A stretch of 58,179 bases of DNA, from NCBI RefSeq assembly GCF_030452865.1, contig NZ_JAKDLJ010000001.1:1-58179 (forward strand). The letters run 5' to 3'. Numbering within the stretch: the first letter of the stretch is position 1; the number at the start of each line of letters is the position of its first letter. The notes under the pieces were generated by a model. That model was not told where the DNA came from. It was given only the letters and a program-made list of their open reading frames with translations, and made no database searches. This DNA comes from Pseudorhodobacter sp. GTDB taxonomy: Bacteria > Pseudomonadota > Alphaproteobacteria > Rhodobacterales > Rhodobacteraceae. Of the stretch, positions 18,622-27,089 are shown in pieces. The translations under genes were made by a program, and so were the position numbers.

Positions 18622-19799
18622 GCGACCAGAGCCAGCCCACCCGCCCCACTGCCATACGGCTTCTGCTGGTACTTTTGCCGCTGGCTGCCATTCTTGGGTC
18701 TTTCGTCTGGATCGCGTCACTCGATCCACTTCGCAGCTTCAACAACGGCGCGCCGCCGGTCGAGTCCCTGACGGTAGAGCGAACCGTTCTCGACCAGACC
18801 GGCATCCAGATTCTGGTGCGAGCGGGCGGCTCGGAGGCGATGCAGATCGCCCAGATTGCCGTCGATGACGCCTATTGGACCTTCACGCAGAATCCGCCAG
18901 GGCCAATCGCACGCGGCAGCGCCGTGTGGCTCCAGATCCCATACCCTTGGGTTCTGGGAGAGGCGCATCATGTGGCCCTGGTGTCGAACACCGGCACCGT
19001 ATTCGGGCACGAGATTGCCGTGGCGGTGCCTACGCCGCAGGCCACTGCGGGACAGTTCCGCATGCAGGCGCTGGTGGGAGCGCTGGTCGGATTGCTGCCG
19101 GTGGCGCTCGGTCTGATGTTCTACCCAGCCATGCGCGGCTTTGGCACCGCTGGCATGAACTTCGTGCTCGCGTTGACGGTGGGCATGCTGGCCTTCCTGC
19201 TTCTGGATATGATTGCCGAGGCCACGGAACTGGCCGCCGAAGCGGCGGCAATGTTCCAGGGCTCGGCGATGGTCTGGCTGTCGGCGCTGGCCAGTTTCCT
19301 GTTGCTGATGGCCATTGGGCGCTGGCGCGGGCGACCCGAGGGGCTGGCCCTGGCCTTCTACATCGCGCTCGGCATCGGGCTGCACAACTTCGGCGAGGGT
19401 CTGGCCATCGGCGGCGCCTTTGCCGCCGGTGCGGCGGGGCTTGGCACCTTCCTTGTCCTCGGCTTCGCACTGCACAACGTCACCGAAGGCATCGGCATCG
19501 CAGCCCCCATGCTGCGCATCCGCCCGCCGCTCTGGAGCTTTGCTGCGCTGACTTTGCTGGCAGGTGCACCAGCTGTGCTTGGCATCTGGGTTGGCAGCCT
19601 TGCCTACGCGCCACAATGGTCAGCCTTGGCACTTGCGGTCGGTGCCGGTGCCATCCTGCAGGTGATGGTCGAGGTCTCGGCCTATCTGCAGCGGCAGAAT
19701 AGTGATCGACAGGCGATCCTGTTCTCTCCGGCCGTTCTCGGTGGCTTCCTTGGGGGTATCGCCTTCATGTATGTGACAGCGGCGCTGATCAAAGTATGA
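18618..19799 (+). CDS. ZIP family metal transporter with N-terminal extracytoplasmic domain
   Basis: LHNFGEG and LHNVTEG motifs; ATGA overlap with the oxidase. Confidence 0.85.
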   Translation: MSDQSQPTRPTAIRLLLVLLPLAAILGSFVWIASLDPLRSFNNGAPPVESLTVERTVLDQTGIQILVRAGGSEAMQIAQIAVDDAYWTFTQNPPGPIARGSAVWLQIPYPWVLGEAHHVALVSNTGTVFGHEIAVAVPTPQATAGQFRMQALVGALVGLLPVALGLMFYPAMRGFGTAGMNFVLALTVGMLAFLLLDMIAEATELAAEAAAMFQGSAMVWLSALASFLLLMAIGRWRGRPEGLALAFYIALGIGLHNFGEGLAIGGAFAAGAAGLGTFLVLGFALHNVTEGIGIAAPMLRIRPPLWSFAALTLLAGAPAVLGIWVGSLAYAPQWSALALAVGAGAILQVMVEVSAYLQRQNSDRQAILFSPAVLGGFLGGIAFMYVTAALIKV

Positions 19800-19812
19800 C
19801 TCATTTGATAGC

Positions 19813-19832
19813 TGGCCAAAGACCTTTGGCCA
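19813..19832. terminator. Hairpin after the ZIP gene
   Basis: TGGCCAAAG-AC-CTTTGGCCA inverted repeat; no U-tract. Confidence 0.35.
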
Positions 19833-19872
19833 AGATCACGCTCGCGATCGACACAAGAAGCAGGGAAGTTCG

Positions 19873-20247
19873 ATGTCAAGGATTGATAATTGTGGGACAG
19901 AAATACCAAGCGAATCCTCAAAGCCGATAGGCACCACCACGACCGGCGTGGTGAAAAAGTGTCGGCGAGTCTTTGTTGCTGTCGCTCTTCTCGCGCTCGG
20001 AGCCTGCACTGTCCCGATCGATCAGGCCACCGACAAGTCAACCGGCTTTCTCAAGGAACTGCCCGAAGGTGTCGCGCTGATTGCGGCTCCCTACCAGAAT
20101 CTTGAGGAGGTGATCTTCAAGCCTGAGGACGGCTGCTATTGGTACCGCCATGTCGGGCCGGTTGAAACGACAATGTTGCCGTTGCGAACGGTCGAAGGAA
20201 GGCCAATCTGCACACAGCTTTCCGCCAAACCCACTGTTTCGAGCTGA
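19873..20247 (+). CDS. Putative lipoprotein
   Basis: Lipobox LALGAC; DGCYWY..GPVETT..GRPIC; true start may be GTG 19948/19951. Confidence 0.65.
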   Translation: MSRIDNCGTEIPSESSKPIGTTTTGVVKKCRRVFVAVALLALGACTVPIDQATDKSTGFLKELPEGVALIAAPYQNLEEVIFKPEDGCYWYRHVGPVETTMLPLRTVEGRPICTQLSAKPTVSS

Positions 20248-20372
20248 CAGTACTGCTGCCTAAGCCGCGCGCCGGCAGCGAGGACAAGAAACCGCATGTC
20301 AGCGACCCGCTTGTGGGTAGGTCGAACTTGCGCATCTAGCGTTCCATGAAACGAAGCCCCATGCGATTCCTT

Positions 20373-21038
20373 TTAGCTGGTGGTCGCCACGTTCCCCTCT
20401 TCTGCGGGATAGAGATACGCGGTAACGCCAGTCTCAACCTTGTCGAACAGATCGTTGATATGTGGCATGACCATGCGCACGCAGCCCGAACTTGCTCGGC
20501 TACCAATCGAACGTGGAAGCGGTGTCCCGTGGATCCGCAAGTAAGTGTCGCGGCCGCCGACGAAAAGATAAAGAGCCCGCGATCCCAGGGCGTTGGCTGG
20601 GCCAGGGTCCATGCCATCTGCGAACTTCGCATAGATTTCCGGCTCGCGTTCGATCATGGCTGGCGTGGGGGTCCAACTCGGCCACTTTGCCTTGCGCCGG
20701 ATCGTATATGTTCCAGGCTCGTAGAGACCGTCCCGGCCAATGGCGACGCCGTAGCGCATCGCCGTGCCGTCAGCCTGAATGTGATAGAGATACCGCGCAA
20801 TCGCGTCGACATGGACATCGCCTGGCACCAACCCGGCACGCGCTTCGACGCGGGTCGGAAGGAGGCGAGGATGCAATCCCCATGGGTTGGTCGTGGCAGG
20901 GTCATAGCCTGACGGGGTGACCTCGGCATCCCAGGCTGCCCATTGGTCTTGCAAGTGCGATGAAGCGAAAGCCGGGGCGGAAATCGGTGCCGAAAACAAT
21001 GCGGCTGTCGTGGCAATGAAGTGGCGTCGTGTGAACAT
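20373..21038 (-). CDS. L,D-transpeptidase (YkuD/ErfK family), Tat signal
   Basis: TRRHF; LGSRALYL, RIHGT..SSGCVRM. Confidence 0.9.
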   Translation of the reverse strand: MFTRRHFIATTAALFSAPISAPAFASSHLQDQWAAWDAEVTPSGYDPATTNPWGLHPRLLPTRVEARAGLVPGDVHVDAIARYLYHIQADGTAMRYGVAIGRDGLYEPGTYTIRRKAKWPSWTPTPAMIEREPEIYAKFADGMDPGPANALGSRALYLFVGGRDTYLRIHGTPLPRSIGSRASSGCVRMVMPHINDLFDKVETGVTAYLYPAEEGNVATTS

Positions 21039-21253
21039 GAGCTTGGCTTTCTTCTGGATGCTGCAGCGCGGAGCCGTCGAATACACCTGCACCGTTCAAT
21101 ATGCCGTTGAGAAAAGCGCGCCTCGTGTCCAGTCAAGTCTGTGTGACCGGACACCTGTTGTTAAGGTCGAGCTGTTTCGCAGCCTGCATGGGCAAGGAAA
21201 TCATGCGATGTGCCCCTTCGACCTGACAATGCCGTGATGCATCAAACCACTTG

Positions 21254-21284
21254 TTGCACCTCTAGTTGCTAGAGCAGCTAGCCC
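21254..21284 (+). promoter_or_regulatory. MerR-type (ZntR/CadR-like) promoter upstream of lnt
   Basis: TTGCAC-19 bp-TAGCCC with CTCTAGTTGCTAGAG dyad. Confidence 0.75.
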
Positions 21285-21305
21285 TCTCGATGAAATCGGG
21301 AGGCG

Positions 21306-22877
21306 GTGTCAAGTTTGGTCAAATCGGAGGAACAAAGGATTTCGAGCAGGACGAACCTGCGTGGCATGGCGGGTCTGGTATCCTCTGTCCTGGCAGGAGC
21401 CTGCATTGTCTTCGCCTTGCCGCCGTACTCAATCCTGCCGCTCGGAATGGTTGCTTTCGCAGTACTGTCGTTATTGCTGCGAGATGCAGCCCCCATGAGG
21501 GCGCTCGGCCTCGGATACCTGTTCGGTCTGGGACAGTTCGTGCCGGGGCTGTTCTGGGTCACCGAGAGTTTCCAGGTGGATGCTGATCGCTTCGGCTGGC
21601 TGGCATTGCCGGCCGTTCTGGGCCTTGCGGCCGTCCTGTCGGTTTTTCCTGCGTTGGCCTGCACCTTATCGGCCAGGATGGCGCGCGCCGGATTGCCGCT
21701 GGCGCTTTCGCTCGCGACAAGCTGGACCGGCCTTGAATGGCTGCGGGGGCATGTTCTGACGGGGTTTCCTTGGAACCTTGCTGCCTACACGCTGGCCGAT
21801 TGGTTGCCCTTCGCGCAGGTGGCCTCCCTGGTCGGCAGCTATGGGCTGGGGTTCCTCTTGGTGCTTTGTTCAGCACTGGTCGGGCTAGCTTTCCCCGCGC
21901 CCGCTCGCAGGTTGCAGGTCATCTGTTTCGCCAGCGCCACCGCAATTGCGGTGATCGTGGCTGGTTTCGGCGCTGCGCGCCTGACTTTGTCAGATCCCCC
22001 GTCGGAGCGCGGCGCACATATCCGCGTCGTGCAACCGAACATCGCGCAAAGCGCCAAATGGGACGAAGGATCCCGGAAGGCCAACATCCTCCGACTTCTC
22101 TCGCTTTCTGCACGACCGGGCGATTACGATATCCTGCTTTGGCCCGAAACCGCATGGCCGGGGTTTCTCGCCGAAGACACTGGGGCCCGTGTCATGCTTG
22201 GGTGGCTCTTGCCGAACACTGCCGTCCTTTTGGCTGGCAGTCCTGAGCGGGAGGTCACCGCTGACGGGACGGTGTACCGAAACTCAGTGCTCGCCATCGC
22301 GCCGGATGGCTCTGTCCTGACGCGCTACGCCAAGCATCACCTTGTTCCCTTTGGTGAATACGTTCCGTGGCGGAGTGTCCTGCCATTCCAGCGATTGGTC
22401 GAATCTCTAGGTGATTTCCTCCCCGGTCCGGGTCCCCGCACCCTTGCATTCGGCCCACATCCCTATGCGGGTATCGCTATCTGCTACGAGATCATCTTTC
22501 CCGGGCATGTGGTCGATGATGCCATCCGACCGGACTGGATTTTCAACGCGACCAATGACGCCTGGTTCGGTGCGTCCATTGGTCCAAAGCAACATCTGGC
22601 CTCGGCTCGGATGCGGGCCATCGAGGAGGGACTTCCTCTCGTGCGTGCCGCAAATACGGGCATCTCGGCAGTGATAGACGCCTACGGAAAGACACTGGCG
22701 ATGCTGGACATCGAGACTTCTGGCGTAATCGACATGCGCTTGCCGAGGCCCCTGCAACCGACGCTCTACGCCCGTATTGGCGACTGGTCCGTACTCCTCC
22801 TTATCCTTTGCTTTTGGGGAGGCTTCGCCTTCTGGAGTTGGCGGAACAAGAGTATCCTGAAAGGAGAGTTTTCATGA
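21306..22877 (+). CDS. lnt: Apolipoprotein N-acyltransferase
   Basis: GFPW, VQPNI, WPETA, KHHLVPFGEYVP, ICYE, NDAWFG, RAANTGIS; start may be 21366. Confidence 0.93.
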   Translation: MSSLVKSEEQRISSRTNLRGMAGLVSSVLAGACIVFALPPYSILPLGMVAFAVLSLLLRDAAPMRALGLGYLFGLGQFVPGLFWVTESFQVDADRFGWLALPAVLGLAAVLSVFPALACTLSARMARAGLPLALSLATSWTGLEWLRGHVLTGFPWNLAAYTLADWLPFAQVASLVGSYGLGFLLVLCSALVGLAFPAPARRLQVICFASATAIAVIVAGFGAARLTLSDPPSERGAHIRVVQPNIAQSAKWDEGSRKANILRLLSLSARPGDYDILLWPETAWPGFLAEDTGARVMLGWLLPNTAVLLAGSPEREVTADGTVYRNSVLAIAPDGSVLTRYAKHHLVPFGEYVPWRSVLPFQRLVESLGDFLPGPGPRTLAFGPHPYAGIAICYEIIFPGHVVDDAIRPDWIFNATNDAWFGASIGPKQHLASARMRAIEEGLPLVRAANTGISAVIDAYGKTLAMLDIETSGVIDMRLPRPLQPTLYARIGDWSVLLLILCFWGGFAFWSWRNKSILKGEFS

Positions 22878-23047
22878 TCGGACCAGTTTTCGGGATCGTC
22901 GGATTTCTGTGGGGCTACTATCTCGCCCGACAGCGCGGCGGCAAGACGCTTGACCGCCTGCAGTATGGCGCAGGCTTCGCCATCGCTTTCGGGCTGTTCG
23001 GCACCCTCCTCGGCATTGCCCTCGCCAGATTTCTTGGGGCGGCCTGA
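22874..23047 (+). CDS. Small 2-TM membrane protein
   Basis: AAGGAG RBS, ATGA coupling to lnt; ARQRGGKTLDRLQY. Confidence 0.7.
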   Translation: MIGPVFGIVGFLWGYYLARQRGGKTLDRLQYGAGFAIAFGLFGTLLGIALARFLGAA

Positions 23048-23091
23048 TCGGCGAAACCTCGCCGGTGCTTAACTCTTCACCTCTTTGTGGG

Positions 23092-23122
23092 TTGAACCTC
23101 TAGTTGCTCGAGGTTTTAGACC
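23092..23122 (+). promoter_or_regulatory. MerR-type (ZntR/CadR-like) promoter upstream of the SCO operon
   Basis: TTGAAC-19 bp-TAGACC with CTCTAGTTGCTCGAG dyad. Confidence 0.75.
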
Positions 23123-23151
23123 GCACGCCGTTCTCATTGTCTGGACTGGTC

Positions 23152-23745
23152 ATGCGTCTTCGTTCTCTTCAGATCATCCTTTGGGTCGCCGCGACGGCGG
23201 CGGTCCTCGCTTTCGCGGCGGTGCGGTGGTGGCCCGCAACGGACGACACCCAAGCAGCAGCTTCTGTCTTCACGCCCGCCTTCGCGCTTGCTGACAGCGA
23301 AGGTCGCATCCGCACGACGGAGGAATTCCGTGGAAAATTCCTTTTGGTGTTCTTCGGCTTCACAAGCTGCCCGGATGTCTGTCCGACTACGCTCTCCGAA
23401 GTCGCGCAAGTCATGGATGACCTTGGATCTGACGCAGGATCGGCGCAGCCAGTTTTCATCTCGATCGATCCTGAACGGGACAGACGGCTTGGGCTGGCTG
23501 ATTACACCAAAGCCTTCCATCCAGCGATCCTCGGCTTGGCCGGCAGCGAGGCCGAAACGCAGGCTGCGGCCGCAAGCTTCAAGATCTTCTATGAGCGGGA
23601 GGCCGATACCGCTTCGCAAGGCGGGTACACGATGGCGCACAGTCCCGGCCTCTATCTCATCGGCCCGGATGGCGCGTGGCTGCGTCAATTCACCTACGGC
23701 ACACCGGCGGCCGAAATCCTTTCCGACCTTCAATCGAGACTTTGA
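23152..23745 (+). CDS. SCO1/SenC family copper chaperone
   Basis: FGFTSCPDVCP, DPERD, YTMAHS. Confidence 0.9.
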   Translation: MRLRSLQIILWVAATAAVLAFAAVRWWPATDDTQAAASVFTPAFALADSEGRIRTTEEFRGKFLLVFFGFTSCPDVCPTTLSEVAQVMDDLGSDAGSAQPVFISIDPERDRRLGLADYTKAFHPAILGLAGSEAETQAAAASFKIFYEREADTASQGGYTMAHSPGLYLIGPDGAWLRQFTYGTPAAEILSDLQSRL

Positions 23746-23748
23746 CCC

Positions 23749-24222
23749 ATGAATCACTTTCTTCTTGCTGCAGCCCTGATCCTCTCTGCATCTGCAGCGA
23801 TGGCCTGCGAGACCGTGACCATCGGCGATCTGACGGTTGAGCACGCCTGGTCCAAGGCGACAATCGGCGCGGGGCGTCCCGGCGTCTTCTATGTGGAGAT
23901 CACGAACACCGGATCGACCGACGACGCGCTGGTTGGCATCGCGACGCCTGCAGCCGGTATGCCGATGCTGCACGAGACTGTTGTTCAGGACGGCATCGCA
24001 TCGATGCCGCATGCGATGTCCATCCCCGTGCCGGCTGGCCAGAGCGTGCAACTTTCTCCGGGGGGGTATCACGGCATGCTGATGGGGCTGACGAATGCCC
24101 TGAAGGAAGGCGACAGCTTTCCGGTCACCCTCAGCTTTGAAAAGGCTGGTGAGGTCACGGTAAACGTCGACGTCCTGTCCTTGCGTGCGGAGGGGCCGGA
24201 TTGCGCCGACGCAGGGCAGTAA
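23749..24222 (+). CDS. PCu(A)C copper chaperone
   Basis: Signal peptide; LHET..M..PGGYHGML. Confidence 0.9.
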   Translation: MNHFLLAAALILSASAAMACETVTIGDLTVEHAWSKATIGAGRPGVFYVEITNTGSTDDALVGIATPAAGMPMLHETVVQDGIASMPHAMSIPVPAGQSVQLSPGGYHGMLMGLTNALKEGDSFPVTLSFEKAGEVTVNVDVLSLRAEGPDCADAGQ

Positions 24223-24803
24223 TCCTCGGCGCTGTAGGTGCCATCGGAGCCGTCGCCTTCATGCTGGGCGTCGGCGCCTATCGCACGCGCAATCGGCCAG
24301 CCCGCAACGAGCTCCTGCCCTTGCCAATTGGCGAGATGTCCTGGGCATTGACCGATCACCAAGGCCGCTCAGTCCGACCGAAAGACTGGGCCGGCCGCCC
24401 GGTCATGGTGTTCTTCGGCTTCACCTGGTGCCCCGACGTCTGCCCGACCACATTGAGCGACATATCGCTCTGGCTCGAAGACCTGGGTGCCGACGCGAAC
24501 CGTTTGATCGTGGCGCTGATTTCGGTCGATCCGGAACGCGACACGCCCGTCGTCCTTGCGGACTACGTCAGCAACTTCGACCCGCGTATCATCGGGTTGA
24601 CGGGTCCCGCCGAGGAGGTCGCGCAGGCCGCCGCAGATTTCCGCGTAACCTATCGCCGTGTCGACAAGGATGGCGGCGACTACACGATGGACCACACCGC
24701 CGGTGTGTTCCTGTTCCACCCCGATGGGCGCTTCGTCAGCATCATCGACTTTCACGAGGACCGGCGATTCGCCGTTCCCAAAATCCGCCGAACCCTCAGT
24801 TGA
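24201..24803 (+). CDS. SCO1/SenC family copper chaperone (second copy)
   Basis: FGFTWCPDVCP, DPERDT, YTMDHT; start uncertain. Confidence 0.9.
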   Translation: MRRRRAVILGAVGAIGAVAFMLGVGAYRTRNRPARNELLPLPIGEMSWALTDHQGRSVRPKDWAGRPVMVFFGFTWCPDVCPTTLSDISLWLEDLGADANRLIVALISVDPERDTPVVLADYVSNFDPRIIGLTGPAEEVAQAAADFRVTYRRVDKDGGDYTMDHTAGVFLFHPDGRFVSIIDFHEDRRFAVPKIRRTLS

Positions 24804-24819
24804 AAGGTCATTCTGCCAG

Positions 24820-25983
24820 ATGATCCGCTCTGCATTTCTCATCCTTGCTGTCGCGTCCTTCGCCCCGCTCCAGGCAATGGCCGATCCTCCGACGGCGCAT
24901 TTGCCAGCGGCCTTCGAAACCACGATCGCCCCCGGTGACACTTTGGACAGCGTCCTTGGTCACGCAGGAATCCCCGCGACGATCCGGGCAGAAGCCGCAC
25001 TGGCACTTTCTGGGGTCTATGACCTGACCGACCTGCGACCTGGTCACCGGATCAAATGGACGGCAGCGTCCGGGGATCCGGCATCGCTGACACGCCTTTC
25101 ACTGTTCGTGGAAGATGGAGTAGAAATTGCCCTCACCTTCGACGGGCCGATCGCAGCACAACGGCTTGACCCACCGGTTCATGTGACGGACCGGGGTGAG
25201 ACCTTAACCTTAGACGGAACCCTTTACGACGCTTTGACGGCCCGGAATGCACCGGAACGCTTTGCGGTTGACCTGACAGCACTTCTTGCGGGCCAGGTCG
25301 ATTTCAGGCGCGACCTCAAAGGTGGAGAGACTTTCGCGCTGGTCTGGCAAGAAGATCAGCTTCCCGATGGCAGCATCGCGGGAGAGCCGCGCCTGAGTTA
25401 CGCACGGCTGGAGCTTACTGATCGCGTCCTCGAACTTGTTGCGACCGAAGCCGCTGGTCCGGTCATCGTCTTTGAAGATGGCGAAGCCGTGCAGCGTTCC
25501 GCGGCCCCCATCCTTGGTGCCCGCCTGTCGTCCGTCTTTGGCCGCCGGAACCATCCCGTGCTGGGCGGAGTTCGAATGCATACCGGGATCGATTACGCGG
25601 CCCCCGTGGGGACCGAGGTTTCGGCGACTGGTGCCGGTCGGGTGATCTTTGCGGGCTCGATCCGCGGTTATGGCATCACGATCGACATCGACCACGGCGG
25701 TGGGGTCGTCACGCGATATGCGCATCTCTCTGAGATTGCTGAAGACGTTCGCGTCGGAACGCGGGTCAAGGCGGGCGACGAGATTGGCGCGGTCGGCGCG
25801 ACAGGGCTCGTGAGCGGCCCGAACCTCCATTACGAAGTGCGTGTCGATGGCCGACCGGTCGACCCGAAAGACCAGGACGCCCTGCCGGAGCAAGAGATTG
25901 CTACTGCTGCTGACCTTGATGCACTTGCCACTTGGCGCAGCGAAACCGGCTTCATGCCAACAACCGACGGGGAACGTGGATGA
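24820..25983 (+). CDS. M23 family peptidoglycan endopeptidase
   Basis: HTGIDY, YAHL, GPNLHYEV; signal peptide. Confidence 0.88.
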   Translation: MIRSAFLILAVASFAPLQAMADPPTAHLPAAFETTIAPGDTLDSVLGHAGIPATIRAEAALALSGVYDLTDLRPGHRIKWTAASGDPASLTRLSLFVEDGVEIALTFDGPIAAQRLDPPVHVTDRGETLTLDGTLYDALTARNAPERFAVDLTALLAGQVDFRRDLKGGETFALVWQEDQLPDGSIAGEPRLSYARLELTDRVLELVATEAAGPVIVFEDGEAVQRSAAPILGARLSSVFGRRNHPVLGGVRMHTGIDYAAPVGTEVSATGAGRVIFAGSIRGYGITIDIDHGGGVVTRYAHLSEIAEDVRVGTRVKAGDEIGAVGATGLVSGPNLHYEVRVDGRPVDPKDQDALPEQEIATAADLDALATWRSETGFMPTTDGERG

Positions 25984-26450
25984 AAAGGTATTTTATCGGT
26001 CGCCGTGAACTCATGCTTGCATCAGCAGCCTTCGCCCTGGCCCCTGCCGCCAGGGCAGAGGAAGAACCACCGATCCATGTCGTCAAAGGGCGCGGTTGCG
26101 AGTGCTGCGAGGCATGGGTGGATTACTTGCGCGAAAAAGGGTTCACAGTAACGGATGAGGTGTCGATGGGAACCTTGCTGATCCGCTTCAAGATGGATCA
26201 GGGCATTCCGGCAAAGGCCTTTTCCTGCCACACAGGAACCGTTGACGGCTATGCGCTCGAAGGCCATGTCCCGGCTGCAGATATCCGCAGGCTGCTCGAC
26301 GAGCGTCCTGACGCAGTCGGCCTCGCAGTACCCGGCATGCCCTACGGCTCCCCCGGCATGGGATCAGAAGACAGTCGAGACGCCTATGACGTTCTGCTGG
26401 TTCGCCGGGATGGAAGTCTCGAAATCTTCACCAGCTATCAGGCAGCCTGA
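25980..26450 (+). CDS. DUF411 (CopG/CutG-like) periplasmic metal-binding protein
   Basis: CECC..W, SCHT, EGHVPA, PGMPYGSPGM. Confidence 0.88.
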   Translation: MKRYFIGRRELMLASAAFALAPAARAEEEPPIHVVKGRGCECCEAWVDYLREKGFTVTDEVSMGTLLIRFKMDQGIPAKAFSCHTGTVDGYALEGHVPAADIRRLLDERPDAVGLAVPGMPYGSPGMGSEDSRDAYDVLLVRRDGSLEIFTSYQAA

Positions 26451-26510
26451 TCTGTCCATTTCCGAACTCAACGTGCTAGGCAGGGATTTAATCAAGGGAA
26501 TGGCGACCGA

Positions 26511-27044
26511 TCAAAGCAGATCCGATATCTGACGGACAGCCTCGTCGCTTCCCCAGTCGAAGGGGCCCTGAAGCCGCCCGATTTCACGCGTCTCGCGGTC
26601 GATCAGAAGCGTCGTCGGCAGTCCGATGAAGGCCAAAGCCAGTTGAACCCGCAACGGTTCCGCCCAGTAGAGCGGCAGGTTTACAAGCCCGATCTCATCA
26701 TAGAAACCTCGGCCCCTTTCGATCCCGCCCTCGTCGATGCAAAGGGGTAGCACGGCAAAATCCGGGCCTCCAAGCAGCCCTTCCAAACGTTCGAGTGCCG
26801 GCATCTCTTCCCGGCAGGGCGGGCACCAAGTCGCCCAGATGTTCAGAAGGATCACACGCCCGGCAAAGTCCCCAAGAACCCTGGTGGTTCCTGCTTCATC
26901 CTGGATAGGCGGGGAAAGCAGAGGCTGCGGGTCCTTTCGCAGCCGGAAAGGCGGTCGCGCTTGGGCGGGCCCCGCAATGAAGCTCGCTGCAAGACCGGCA
27001 AGGAGAGGTCGACGACCCATCTGAACAGGCATTGGTTTTCCCAT
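26511..27044 (-). CDS. TlpA family thiol-disulfide reductase
   Basis: NIWATWCPPCREEMP, GLPTT. Confidence 0.88.
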   Translation of the reverse strand: MGKPMPVQMGRRPLLAGLAASFIAGPAQARPPFRLRKDPQPLLSPPIQDEAGTTRVLGDFAGRVILLNIWATWCPPCREEMPALERLEGLLGGPDFAVLPLCIDEGGIERGRGFYDEIGLVNLPLYWAEPLRVQLALAFIGLPTTLLIDRETREIGRLQGPFDWGSDEAVRQISDLL

Positions 27045-27089
27045 CGCGGAAGGCCGGACCCGCAGGCAATCTGCGGGTCCGGATCGTCG

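Noticed and set aside
21039-21250. A fifth arrest-type leader upstream of the third LDT
   Set aside because: No ORF with signal peptide, Cys motif and terminal PP found
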